Shown: in pieces, positions 1-10,690 of the stretch
Numbering within the stretch: position 1 is the first letter of the stretch
How the letters are laid out: every line of letters starts with the position of its first letter
Assembly: GCF_000181795.1 (NCBI RefSeq)
Contig: NW_003526947.1
Span: 763,964-783,963, forward strand
Direction: 5' to 3'
Length of the DNA stretch: 20,000 bases
Source of the DNA: Trichinella spiralis
Taxonomy: Eukaryota
The notes under the pieces: model-generated
What the model was told of the DNA's origin: nothing
The model's input: only the letters and a program-made list of their open reading frames with translations
Databases searched by the model: none
Made by a program: the position numbers and the translations under genes

Positions 1-1508
1 TGGAGTGGAGACAGTTAATAAAGTAGTTGCTTCATCACACATCTTACGCCGGTATTTCATTATAAAATCTTTTTCCCGCAAACTGTAAGACTGATCTGTC
101 AGATGATTCATGGCGCTCAAAAATCTCTCATACTTAAATAAAAATATACTAAAATAAAAAGGGACGAAAGTGAAATAAATAAATACAAACTTGAACTTCA
201 GAAACATTTTCAGACAGCATTGTTTGCAATTGTTCTCGCGAAATCCATTGTGTTCCGGTAGTATCACTACAGTTAAAAAAATACTACTTCAACTTGATTA
301 CCTGATAATGCGGTGATGTACTTTTAAAAGCGTTTTACAAAGTATAATAATGGCAGTATGCTTTCAAATAAATTAATCAGAACATCACTGAATCATTACA
401 TGAACGCCTGAACTGAAAACTATTTTAAAAAACCGAAATCTGTAAATTCCAGTGATTTACGATAATGATGTTAAATTGGCTTTATGCATTGCTTAAAGTA
501 TGCAATAATGCAGCTTAAATTCAAATAAAAACTGCCAAACCGTTACAAGACTGCCTTCATTTATTCCAAATGTTATATGACAAACATCTTACAAACGTGC
601 TTCTTCTGATGAAAGCTTTCCTTGTCTCAGTTGAGTATCTTCATATCGCTGCAGCGCGTCTGTTTTCTCAGCACAATCCTAAAACATAATGAAAAAATAA
701 AACTTTGAAAACGTAAAATTTTCGAAAAAAAATGTCAAAATTCATACAAACATAATTTGATAAAATGATGCATTCAACGTGTAGAACAAAAAGTGAAATG
801 GACGACCATCTGTGTCAAATTCGGCACTTTTGATGCGAGGAAATAATTCATCAGGGTGCTAAAATTCGTAATTTCAATTCATGATAAATCAATAAAATAA
901 AAAAATGAATCGCCTCACTTTCATAATTGGTCTAGATTTCAGTGAAAATAAGCCGGATGGAAAAAGATATCTAATTGCATTCTATAAAAAGAATACAAAT
1001 ATACATAACGAAAATAAGCAAATAACAGGAAAAATTAAAAATATAAAGAAAAGAAAATTCAAAATTCCAGTGTATAATTTGTTGTTCGATTTTAAATGCT
1101 CACATCTATATCTTCTTTGGTAATTGCATCTGCGTCAAAACCCATCATGTTTGCCAAATGACGTTTCCCAAGTTCATACTTTTCAATTTCAATGTCCATT
1201 TTGATTTCTAAATAACTTTTTTTTTAAATATAAAGCTCAAAATTTTTCAATTATACGAAAAATTATTTGAAACAACTTCGATCGGAGGCACTTTTCAAAT
1301 AAGCTGCCATTGCTTTACTTATTTTAACAATTTTTCCAGAAGAAACAAAACTTTTCGATAAAGGCTGAATGTTTAGTTTATCTGGAAGTTCTTTCACGCC
1401 TTCACCAGCAACAGAATTTAGTCTTCTTGAAATCACCTTCAATCTAACAGTCTTCACCACATATCTGTTCATCATTGTCATTGAAAAGTTACTGAATATG
1501 TAAATCAT
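1..1508 (-). CDS. MRPS9: Mitochondrial small-subunit ribosomal protein S9 (uS9m), 3'-partial; exons (minus) 1508-1277, 1207-1104, 981-919, 858-748, 678-593, 266-191, 132-<1
   Basis: Manual splicing with GT-AG introns (69, 122, 60, 69, 326, 58 nt) and consistent phases gives one open frame: ...KISKAMAAYLKSASDRK IKMDIEIEKYELGKRHLANMMGFDADAITKEDID NAIRYLFPSGLFSLKSRPIMK HPDELFPRIKSAEFDTDGRPFHFLFYT...TQWISREQLQTMLSENVSEVQ YERFLSAMNHL... GKRHLANMMG / AI.YLFPSGLF / DGRPFHFLFYT are hallmark metazoan MRPS9 N-terminal motifs. The basic, acid-poor N-terminus fits a mitochondrial presequence. The exact start Met (1508 or a downstream Met in MTMM) is uncertain. Confidence 0.95.
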
Positions 1509-1911
1509 TTCTAAAACAGATATTAAAAATATTATTTAAATAGTTACAAAAATAATAAAAATTACTTTTAAATTATTGGCAATGCTTTAAAATTTATTAA
1601 TTTATAAAAGACAGTAATACTAACAACAAGTACAAATGAATGAAAAATAAATATATGAATAAATTAATAATTTTCGTAGAAAAATTTTCACAAGTTGAAA
1701 AAATCAGGCTTGTAAATTATTTTTTATATCGTCCACAACATATCATCTCAATAACTTATTTGAATTCTTTTTTTCAAAGAATATTCGCATATACTACGCG
1801 CATATAGCATGTCAGCTATTAGTATGTTTTTTTAATATTGCTGTAAACAGTGACAAAAAGTACATATTTTGAATATCCAAATTCTTACTGTAGATTACTG
1901 TATGATAAAAA

Positions 1912-1930
1912 TGATTGATTGATTGATTGA
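1912..1930. repeat. (TGAT)n microsatellite, ~5 units
   Basis: tgattgattgattgattga read directly. Confidence 0.85.
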
Positions 1931-2996
1931 CGATATGTGGAACAAAAGTAAATATTCATTTCCATCGATTGTGATTGATATTGTAATATTGTTACTGTTG
2001 AATCGGTTAACGTATAAAAGAACGAAGGTAAACTTGTAAGAGATTTAAAATACGGTTTACATAAAAAGAATTCTAGCGATGGCTGATTGAATCGAAGAGT
2101 TTTCACCTAGGAACAAACAGAATTGACTCGTTTTCCATATACAGAGTTGATACTGTATTAGTGAACGAGAATTGAACGTTAAGTCGACGAAACCGATTTG
2201 ATTCATATCAGCGTTAAGCGAAAACGTTGATATTTTAAGCAGTTGACGAAATACTGTGATTTGATAGATAGTCGACTTACCACGAGCTGAATTGAACGAT
2301 TTGAACGCGCGTAACCAGAGTTACTGCTTTGATAGTAGATCATCAGAGGAACCTGACGATTGTAGAAGAAGAAGATGGATTTTACAAATATGTTGGCAAA
2401 ATATTAAAATTTCATGATAACAAGCGCTTCATATATTTGGAAATTTTTATCTTGTCAATTATGGAAAATTTTAAAAGAAATTTAAACGATAACTTGACTT
2501 TCAGTTAAATCAGTAACATGAGTAGTTGAATTTGCAATGTTCTGTGGAAAATTATATTATATTGATTTCAACCACAACTGTATTTGCCTGAAAGCTTCAT
2601 CCATTTCGAATGCTATATTTTGTTGCGCAGAACAAAAAGCAGAAATTCTTAAACGTGGGAATCTATTTTGAAGAGCAAAAGTTCAGTAAGTATATTGATT
2701 ATGTACTATGGTTTGATTATCGTTTGAGTTGTATATATATAAGTTAAAGTTATATAAGTTTTGCTCAGTGTATCGCCTTTTTTCACTTGTTAAATCAGAA
2801 ATGCATTATTGAAAAAAAACAGGGTCACTTGTTTTTTGAATACTTTATCAATTTGAATATTTTAGTTTATGAATTTTTAAAATTTTGTTTAATAAACATC
2901 AAAATAATCCCAAGAATAAAGTAGGAAGAGAAATCTTTGCTTGAATGCAAAGTTGAATGTTAAAAGTGATGAATTAATTAAGAGAAGAGTTTCGTT

Positions 2997-4966
2997 TCAC
3001 GATAAAGATAAATTTTTGGACAATTTCGGAGGGGATTGAACGCATCGCATTTTTGATGTACCCAGTGAGTTTGCCACTTTCATAGCGTAAATTTCACAAG
3101 TTAAAGAAAATAAACTTTGCAAATTATTTTTCATTTCTTCCACAACAGCTGGCCAGTCGGTGGTTTTCTCAGCGAATTCTTCATTTTTTGAATTCTTCTT
3201 TTCAACGAATATTTGCATATCTGAAAAAAATATATTTAAAATAATTGATAGTAGGCGTGTATTTTTGTCGTTGCTTTGTTGTGTACAAGTAAGCATACCA
3301 GTATCAATGCCGAGTAGGGCATCCAAATCTGGTTGGTCATTGTCCGCTATGCTTTTGTAAACTTTCACCAACTGTTCCGTCATTTTTCGACACTGCTTTA
3401 TATCTTTGAAACATTTTTGAGGTAACAAATATTCTCCTTTTGTGTTGCCAAATTTTCCATCCTTGAAAATTTGTCAAAATTTTTAAAAATAGTAACGTGA
3501 ATGAAAACTTCATCGTATTCAGAATCTCTTTTCAATACTTATAAATTAGCTAAAGTACCTATCGATCAAATGAATATGCTATTTACTGGTGAGCGTCTTA
3601 AATTGGAACATCCATAATTTAATAATAAAGATAGATAAATAAATTTGTAGGATAAAAATAGAATGATTACTTGAAATTAAAAATAGAAAAAAGTAAAAAA
3701 GCAAAAATTAAAAAATATTTCCCATAAATTGATAAAAATTATACTTGGAACGATTTGTCGGTGCACAGCTGCAATTCAGCGTCAAGAATCTTCAGTTCAG
3801 CTTTGAGTAGGTCGATTTCACTACGGGCGCTTTTCAATTCTTTGTAATTTTCGTTCATTTTTTCTTTAAATTTCAATTTGAGCTGGTGATATCTGTCGGC
3901 CCAAAAATGCGGTTGTCCTTTAAGATCTGATCGACTATTTTTTCTGTTCAATTGAGAAAGTTGAAAGCCGTTTTTCTCTTCTGTTTGGTTCCATGTTTTC
4001 CTTTTCTCATTCCCATCATCATTATCTTTATCCGATTTGGTTGTTTCTTCTTTTTTTCCATTATGCTTATCATGTTGATCATCATTATCATCATCAACAT
4101 CTTCTTCAACTTCTGCTTCGTGAATACTGTACGTACTTCGTTCTAGTTCTTGCTTCATCTCCAACGACTGCATGCAAGCAAGTAGACTATTTTTTTCCAA
4201 ATTCATCAATCTCATTTGACTGTTCACTGTCGACAGTTGTCGTTCTTTGAGCTGCAATTGACAATACAAATCGTTCAATTCTTGTTCATGTATTCGGCAA
4301 ACGTTTGCCAATTCTCGACGCAATGCACTGGAAAAAATTTTTTTTATTTAAACCAAAAAATAAATAAATAAAGCCATTTTTGCAATGCCATACCAAACCA
4401 TCGCATCTTCACCATGTGCAGGTCTGTCGTATTCTGAATGAAACGGTGCACGGCACCAGGTGCCACGGACCGACGGATGTTGAACTGGGGGACGAGTTGA
4501 AGCTTGTCCATAATGCAAATCACCGTCCGCCTGTTTTGGAATCAACGATTCCAAATAGCCAACTTTACTTTCGAGCAATTCCACCCGACGCTGAGCATCC
4601 AAACAACTGACACTGGCCGCGTGGACGACATTCGCTCCCGTCACGGGATTCTGAAGCAGATATTTTATTTGTCAATTTTGAAGAATTTATTAAAATTTCA
4701 TTTACATATGAAATCGAAGGTGGCGGCAATTCGAAGTTCAATCGATTGGACGAACCGTAGAAATTTTGCATTTGACAAAGTGAAGGCGTGCTAGCTGCAA
4801 GCCCGAAACGTAGTTCCGCTTTGTAAGCATCCGCAGCAGTGCTGACTGCAGGTATGCTGTTCATAAATGCGCAATTCAAACCATTTGACGAGCCGTAGTG
4901 GAATGGAAGCGACGGGCGTGGTACAACATGGGCAGTCGGTGGACCATCACGACTCAAGGCACGCAT
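2997..4966 (-). CDS. Coiled-coil protein with CEP85-like C-terminus; core exons (minus) 4966-4706, 4650-4394, 4327-3745, 3461-3299, 3220-2997 (~495 aa from Met 4966)
   Basis: The ORF-track segments 4565-5062, 4348-4644, 3739-4323 and 2997-3428 join in frame across GT-AG introns 4651-4705 (55 nt), 4328-4393 (66), 3462-3744 (283) and 3221-3298 (78). There are heptad-rich helices (DAQRRVELLESKVGYLES; LRRELANVCRIHEQELNDLYCQLQLKERQLS; YHQLKLKFKEKMNENYKELKSARSEIDLLKAEL) and an acidic linker. Gene existence is well supported; the family assignment is tentative. Confidence 0.88.
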
Positions 4967-5069
4967 CGAATTCTCTGCAAACCAACACTTCTGTTGTAGC
5001 AGAAAATAAAAGAAATTAACGAACAATGTATTATTATGTACAAGTGGAATTGGAGAGAACAAATCTCAC

Positions 5070-6655
5070 GGTGAATAACACCACTGAAATTTCCAATGCT
5101 GTATTCCAATCAAAAAATTCTCACATTTTAAATATTGGAAAATTTGGCAACAAGAATATCGATGATTATTGGTACAATGAGGAATTTGTTAAGGAAAAAT
5201 CCAATCGCACGATGATGATTGTACCGGAAAAAAGCAGATGACAACCGAATATGCAATTTAAGTTGTCTTTTTTGAAAAAATTGAAAAATTCAGTCACTTT
5301 TATGACAATGACACTTTTAATCAAAAATTTCCCCTCATAGAATGCTGTTGAAAAAATCGAACACGCCTACATCGCTTTAAAATTAAGTAACATCCAGAGA
5401 AGCTGAAAATAAGATTCGAGAAACAAATTGATCGGTTTCAATCAAATAAATGGTCATTTCAATGATTCGCGATTTATTGTTGTAAACAAGCAATCGAATT
5501 TGTGAAACTAATCCACTCGTCGGTTGGTTTAAGGTCGACCAATCGACAGACTTGGTAACGTTTTTTAAAATCAGTTGTATAAGCAGTTGAGCTTAATAAA
5601 CACAAATAAAAATGAACAGAGTTGAAAATTTGCAAAAAATTTCAATTTCGGCCCTCTTCCGCTGCGCATTGCTTCACCGCAAACGCGTCATTTATTTATT
5701 GATTGATTTCAAATCTTCAATCTCCGAGTAAACAATTTTCTGTCTTAATGATGATCATTGAAATTCAAAATCAGTTGCATTCTATTTTCTTTTTCAACGG
5801 CAAAAAATCACCACGTAGCGAATTGAATGAATTTCGAAATTATGAAAAAATAGTTTTAATTGAAAAAAAAAAGAAATTTCTCTTCTCCTCAAATTTGCTC
5901 ACATTCTTTTTTTGTTCAAATTTATTCCAATTTTACGCAAAATATTTTCATTTTAAAATTTAAATATTCAAAAAAAAATACACTACCAAATTGTAAATGG
6001 GAATTGTTGAAACAAGAAAATGCAAAGATGAAGCGAACTGATTACAAGCATGTCGACATAAATAAATAATCAAAACAACAAACATTATTGCATTTTTAAA
6101 TGCTGAGAAAATTTATGATCGAATTTTCAATAAGAACAACGAACAAGCAAAGTTCATTGTGAAACGGACTATTTATATTCATATTTAAAAATTTGTTCCT
6201 TTTTAGATGGTTGACTTGTGAAATTGTTTGAAATGAAATATTTTTTTTATTATAATAAATTTTGAAAGCAATAATAATTAAATGAATTGTAAATAAAATA
6301 AAATAAGTGCAAACGTAAAAGTTGAATAATATAAATGATGTATTTATTTTGGATGAAAAAGTCTCAAAAATGTTGTTGAAATAAGCATAACGTCATTGCA
6401 GAAATGAAATTGTAATAAAATATAATTATGAAAATATGAATTTTTCATTAATAAAAAGAAAAAAAAAGAAAATGAATATATTGGGAAAACGAGGGGAGGG
6501 AGGGATTAAAGAAAAATCTTACTGGCTTGTTGGATGTCGCCGACCAACGGCAACGACCTTTGAGGGCGTAAATTTCGTTTTGAAGTCTCGTGATGAATTG
6601 GAAATTTTGCTTCTTTTCGTTCTTTAGATTTCACTGATGCCACTGTTGATCGCAT
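5070..6655 (-). CDS. Probable 5' extension of the coiled-coil gene: exon 6655-6523 (ATG at 6655), 14-nt microexon 5083-5070, then splicing to 4990
   Basis: 6655-6523 is an open frame (MRSTVASVKSKERKEAKFPIHHETSKRNLRPQRSLPLVGDIQQA) preceded by an in-frame stop and ending at a strong GTAAGA donor in phase 1. The microexon has an aatttcAG acceptor and a GTGAGA donor. 1+14 nt restores phase 0, which the acceptor at 4991 needs (MVLFT-KCWFAENSMRAL). Full model ~552 aa. Confidence 0.55.
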
Positions 6656-6807
6656 AGAAAACGCTGATCAATTTTCTGCACACATTGTTATGCTGATGTC
6701 AGTCAACAACAACACCAATTCATACTTCTTCTATATGTTAATATTTTTTTAATTTGAAAAATGAATAAAACGAAATCAATAAACAAAACCAACACGTACA
6801 TTTTATT

Positions 6808-6828
6808 ATCAATCAATCAATCAATCAA
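6808..6828. repeat. (ATCA)5 microsatellite
   Basis: atcaatcaatcaatcaatcaa read directly. Confidence 0.85.
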
Positions 6829-7001
6829 AATTATTCGTATGATTTTTATTTTTATTGCTTCAAAATGCATATATCATTCATTCATCCATTCATTCACTTG
6901 TATTCTTTAATGTCAGTTGCTTTTGTTTCCGGGTTTAAAGCATCAGCTCAGAAATGAACTCGTTGCTTTGCTAAACAACAATTTTTAAGCAATACTAGCA
7001 T

Positions 7002-7020
7002 AGCAGCAGCAGCAGCAGCA
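7002..7020. repeat. (AGC)6 microsatellite
   Basis: agcagcagcagcagcagca read directly. Confidence 0.85.
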
Positions 7021-7150
7021 TCGTTCAACGAATATTTTCCTCGAACAGCTGCGCATATTGACAAGAAGCGGCATCGCATGTGCACCAACGTGCCAAATGA
7101 GTGAATAATAAAAATGGACAACGATCGAAGACGGAAAGGAAAATTCGACC

Positions 7151-7175
7151 CTCATCTCATCTCATCTCATCTCAT
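7151..7175. repeat. (CTCAT)5 pentanucleotide repeat
   Basis: Five perfect ctcat units. Confidence 0.9.
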
Positions 7176-9357
7176 CATCATCTACAATTCTATTTCCATT
7201 TTGTTTCCTATTTTTTCCGACTGACTGAATAATTTTTATCTTTTTTTTTTCAACATCTGCACAACTGATTTTATTTTAATTTGATTATTCTGCATTTGAA
7301 AAAAACGACTAAAATAAGAATGTTCCTTCTTAAGAAATGGTACAAAATGATAATAGCCTCATAAATTGCAAAAGATGCCATGAAATTCATGACTTTTTGA
7401 TTTTAATCCATACTGTACTTTAATTTTTAATATGAATCCAATTTTCAGGTTAAACGATTTTTTTTTCCAACAAAGTGGTTTGATAATAATAATAATAAAG
7501 TCAGCGACCTCCGTATATTCAAAATCGGGGATTTTTTGATTTTCGGAAATTTCAGAAATTTTGATTAAAAAAAATTTTTTTTTGCAATTTTCGAAACTTT
7601 GGAATTTTTTTCTCAACAATTACGCATTTATCTTAGATGAAATTTTGGAATCACCATTTATTTATAATGAAAATGTTTTCCATTTTCTTCTGCATTAAAA
7701 AAATACAACTTTTTCTTTTGGTGATCACTGTGCCTTTTATTATTGCATTTCAATAGGTTAATAGTATTTGATATAGGACTCAATTTTACGTCGATTGATG
7801 CATCTCGCTCAAGTTTCATACCAATTATACGGTTTACAAAGCTTGAAATTTGGTTATGGTTCATTTGAAAAGATTGTATCTCAAAATATTGTAAATTTCA
7901 TCAAGTGATTTATATATCGAAATATATAAATTCTGGAGAGACTGTCTGTTATCTAACAGTATAATTCTCTTGCATTTTTATTTTTTATTTTAATTGCATG
8001 ACATTTTCATTTATTCGGATATAAGGTAGTTGTAATTTTCACTATTTATATTTTTTCTTATACGTTTCTACATGAATTTCTTTATCCGGTTCTTATTTAT
8101 TTATCGATCGATATCTTAGAAATAATAGAAATGTGATAATGAAAGTTTCTTATATTCATTCATTATTACCTGCTTTTGTTTTATTTATGCTGTACGTCAG
8201 AAAACGCATGCAATTCACTGTAGTGTGGGAAAAGCATTACCACTAAAGTGTTGAATATGTACGCGGAACAGTTTGTTAGCTTTTTGCTATATTTTCACAT
8301 CCATGTGCAGGTATGGTTTGTTTGCTGCAGTTTTTTTATTATTAATATTGTGAACTTTCTGGTGCAATTATTCTATATAATATATTTCCTGCAACTTATA
8401 TTTGTTATCAGTGATCAGTAAATATATTTTGAATAGTTTCTATTATACAAGTTATTGACTACTGAATAATAAATTGAAATAAACGACTTCTTGAAAGATT
8501 GTTCAATCAAACTTGGGCAGTGTCTCGATAATGTGCCAATTTTTATGAGACATCTTTCTGCTTATTTGCTTTTAATTAAAGATCATCACTGTTATCTTTA
8601 TTTAAAGTAATAAAATATAGTCGTAGTATTTGTAAAACAGAAATTACATGCAAATTTTTATTCAATTGCAATGAGATTGCTGAATTCAGTTGTGACGGTT
8701 GTTGGTGGGCAGTTTGCACAATGCCGTTTGCTCAATGATAACTGAAGAATAATGATTCGTGACTGTTTTTCTATATCATGACATTATTTATTTAAATTAA
8801 TTTATCCACGTTTGAAAATGCCGAGTAGAAGATGAGATGTATGAATTTATGAGCAGTGTGAGAACTGGGATACGTTGGATAACCAGATTTTGTTCAGTTA
8901 AGCTGTTAATTAGTGAAACTTAATTTAGCAATTCTTGAGTGTATAATTTGATTAAACTGGCGCTACAAGTTATCAAGCACTTAATGCAAATGATCATTAA
9001 TTAGTGAAGTCTAGAAGTCTAGAAGTAGTGAAGCTCATTATTTTAATGAATTGAATGGTTTTCTGCACTTGAACATTTTCATGTACCGTGCTTTGTCGAG
9101 TTGAGAATAGGCTTCATTTGAGGAAAGCAAAATGATTGAATAATTTTTCGATCATTTATAAGGCCAATAATAACAATTATTGAGTTGTAGCAGCCTTTCT
9201 TGCTCTACTATATAGTAATGTATGTGGTCGTGAAAGCAATCAAAAAGGAGATCCAGGTCAAAAGGAAGAAAATGGGACAGGTGCCAATACCAGATTGATT
9301 TTTTACGTTAGCTGATTTGAATTCAAAAACCCGCGTCGAATTAGCGGTACAATCATT

Positions 9358-9382
9358 AATATATATATATATATGTATATAT
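9358..9382. repeat. Imperfect (TA)n microsatellite
   Basis: atatatatatatatgtatatat run. Confidence 0.8.
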
Positions 9383-10490
9383 TGGGATTGAGGCGCGTTG
9401 TGCAATAGCTCCTGTGCGTGTTGTTAGTGCTTATATTTGTCTGTGAATAAACGTTAAAGTCCAGTGATATGCCTCGCGTCAGTAACTGGCAGAAGCTAAC
9501 CGTAACACTGGGAATTACAATATATTGAGTTTAACTGCATATTTGAGAATAGCAGCGCAGGGATGAGAAAAATGGAAGAGATGAAATCTACTCGAGTTCA
9601 TCGAAATACAATACACTATTTGATGCTATTTCTATTTAATAACAGTCTGAATTTTCATTTTCAACATATTCTTTGACCAGTTGTCGTAGCATATCCTTGC
9701 CCTCTTTGCAAGGTTGCTGCATTAGTGAAAACGTCACGTATAGTATGTGCAAGTGAAGAATGCAAAGCAAGTGCAGCGTTCACTATCATTTTTCTTCATC
9801 TGCCCCACAGTATCCTCCAAGAAGATAAATCTAATCAAACTTTAGTATATAGTACACGTTGCTTCTGGGCAAATCCATTTTCAGACCACAAAACTGAGTC
9901 GATTAAAGATGCGTAATTGGAATAGATCTTAATCTGCGTTAAAACAAAACGTTATTTTTGGCTGAGAATATTGAATTCCATTGTAAAAATTAATGAAATG
10001 ATTCTATATGCATATTTAATGGGCATGTCTGTTTTATATGTTTTCATCAGGGATGGTGCGGAAAAGTTCGTAGTAGTTTGCTATTAATTTCTGATCGAAA
10101 TAAATCAATTGCTGTATTTTTTAGAGAAACACGTTTTTTCGAAAACTGCAAAATTTCATGGGCTATGGACTTGACTGTTTTGCGAAAAACGGCGGATTGC
10201 TATTTTTCAAAATTTAGACGTTTTTTGATTGCTAGACTTTCACACTGATCGATGAAAATGTTATGCAGAGTTTCATCGGCAACTGCCCAGTAATTGTGGA
10301 ATTAATGACTTCTAAATGTGGCGATTTGCCAATCGAATATAATTCATCACCTCTACACTACCTTATTGATTCTCTAGTAGAGTCTTCATGCAAATTTTCA
10401 TTTGTTTGTTCTTTGTACGCTTATTTAGCTTAAGTTTCTCTGATTGATATTAAACTTCTTACGGTGTGTTTGCAATGACTGTCTCGACAG

Positions 10491-10690
10491 TTCGAAGCGG
10501 AAAATTCCTGTATTAGCAGGTTTGGTATTTCCTTATTGTTGTATGTTTTTCTAATTAATTTTTCTGCATTTATAGAAAATGCTGTAGACCTGATGTATAT
10601 GAACAAAGAGAAGATGTTGTTGGTTTAGTAAACGTGTTTGTTATATCTTGAATTTTAATTTGAATTTCTGATAATATATTTTTTCTATAG
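10491..10690 (+). other. Putative short spliced exons (10491-10519, 10576-10627) of an unidentified transcript
   Basis: Typical-size introns 10520-10575 (56 nt, CAG|GTTTGG...tttatAG) and 10628-10690 (63 nt, GTAAAC...ttttctatAG). Two frames stay open across the first junction (FEAENSCISRKCCRPDVYEQREDVVGL or SKRKIPVLAENAVDLMYMNKEKMLLV*). No recognisable product. Confidence 0.3.

Noticed and set aside
905..1123. 72-aa + strand ORF
   Set aside because: Antisense to MRPS9 exons and introns; low-complexity K/N/I content comes from intronic AT-richness.
3490..3600. Possible extra exon inside intron 3462-3744
   Set aside because: Every acceptor I tried gives an in-frame stop in phase 0, and direct 3745-to-3461 splicing is already in frame.
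3160..4794. + strand ORFs 3160-3360, 3952-4146, 3993-4250, 4380-4610, 4504-4794, including poly-His and poly-Ile peptides
   Set aside because: Antisense shadows of the coiled-coil gene; the His/Ile runs mirror the GAT/GAA acidic linker codons.
5026..6627. + strand ORFs 5026-5241, 5703-5963, 5860-6069, 6436-6627
   Set aside because: They lie antisense within the modelled first introns and exon, with AT-biased composition and no motif or splice support.
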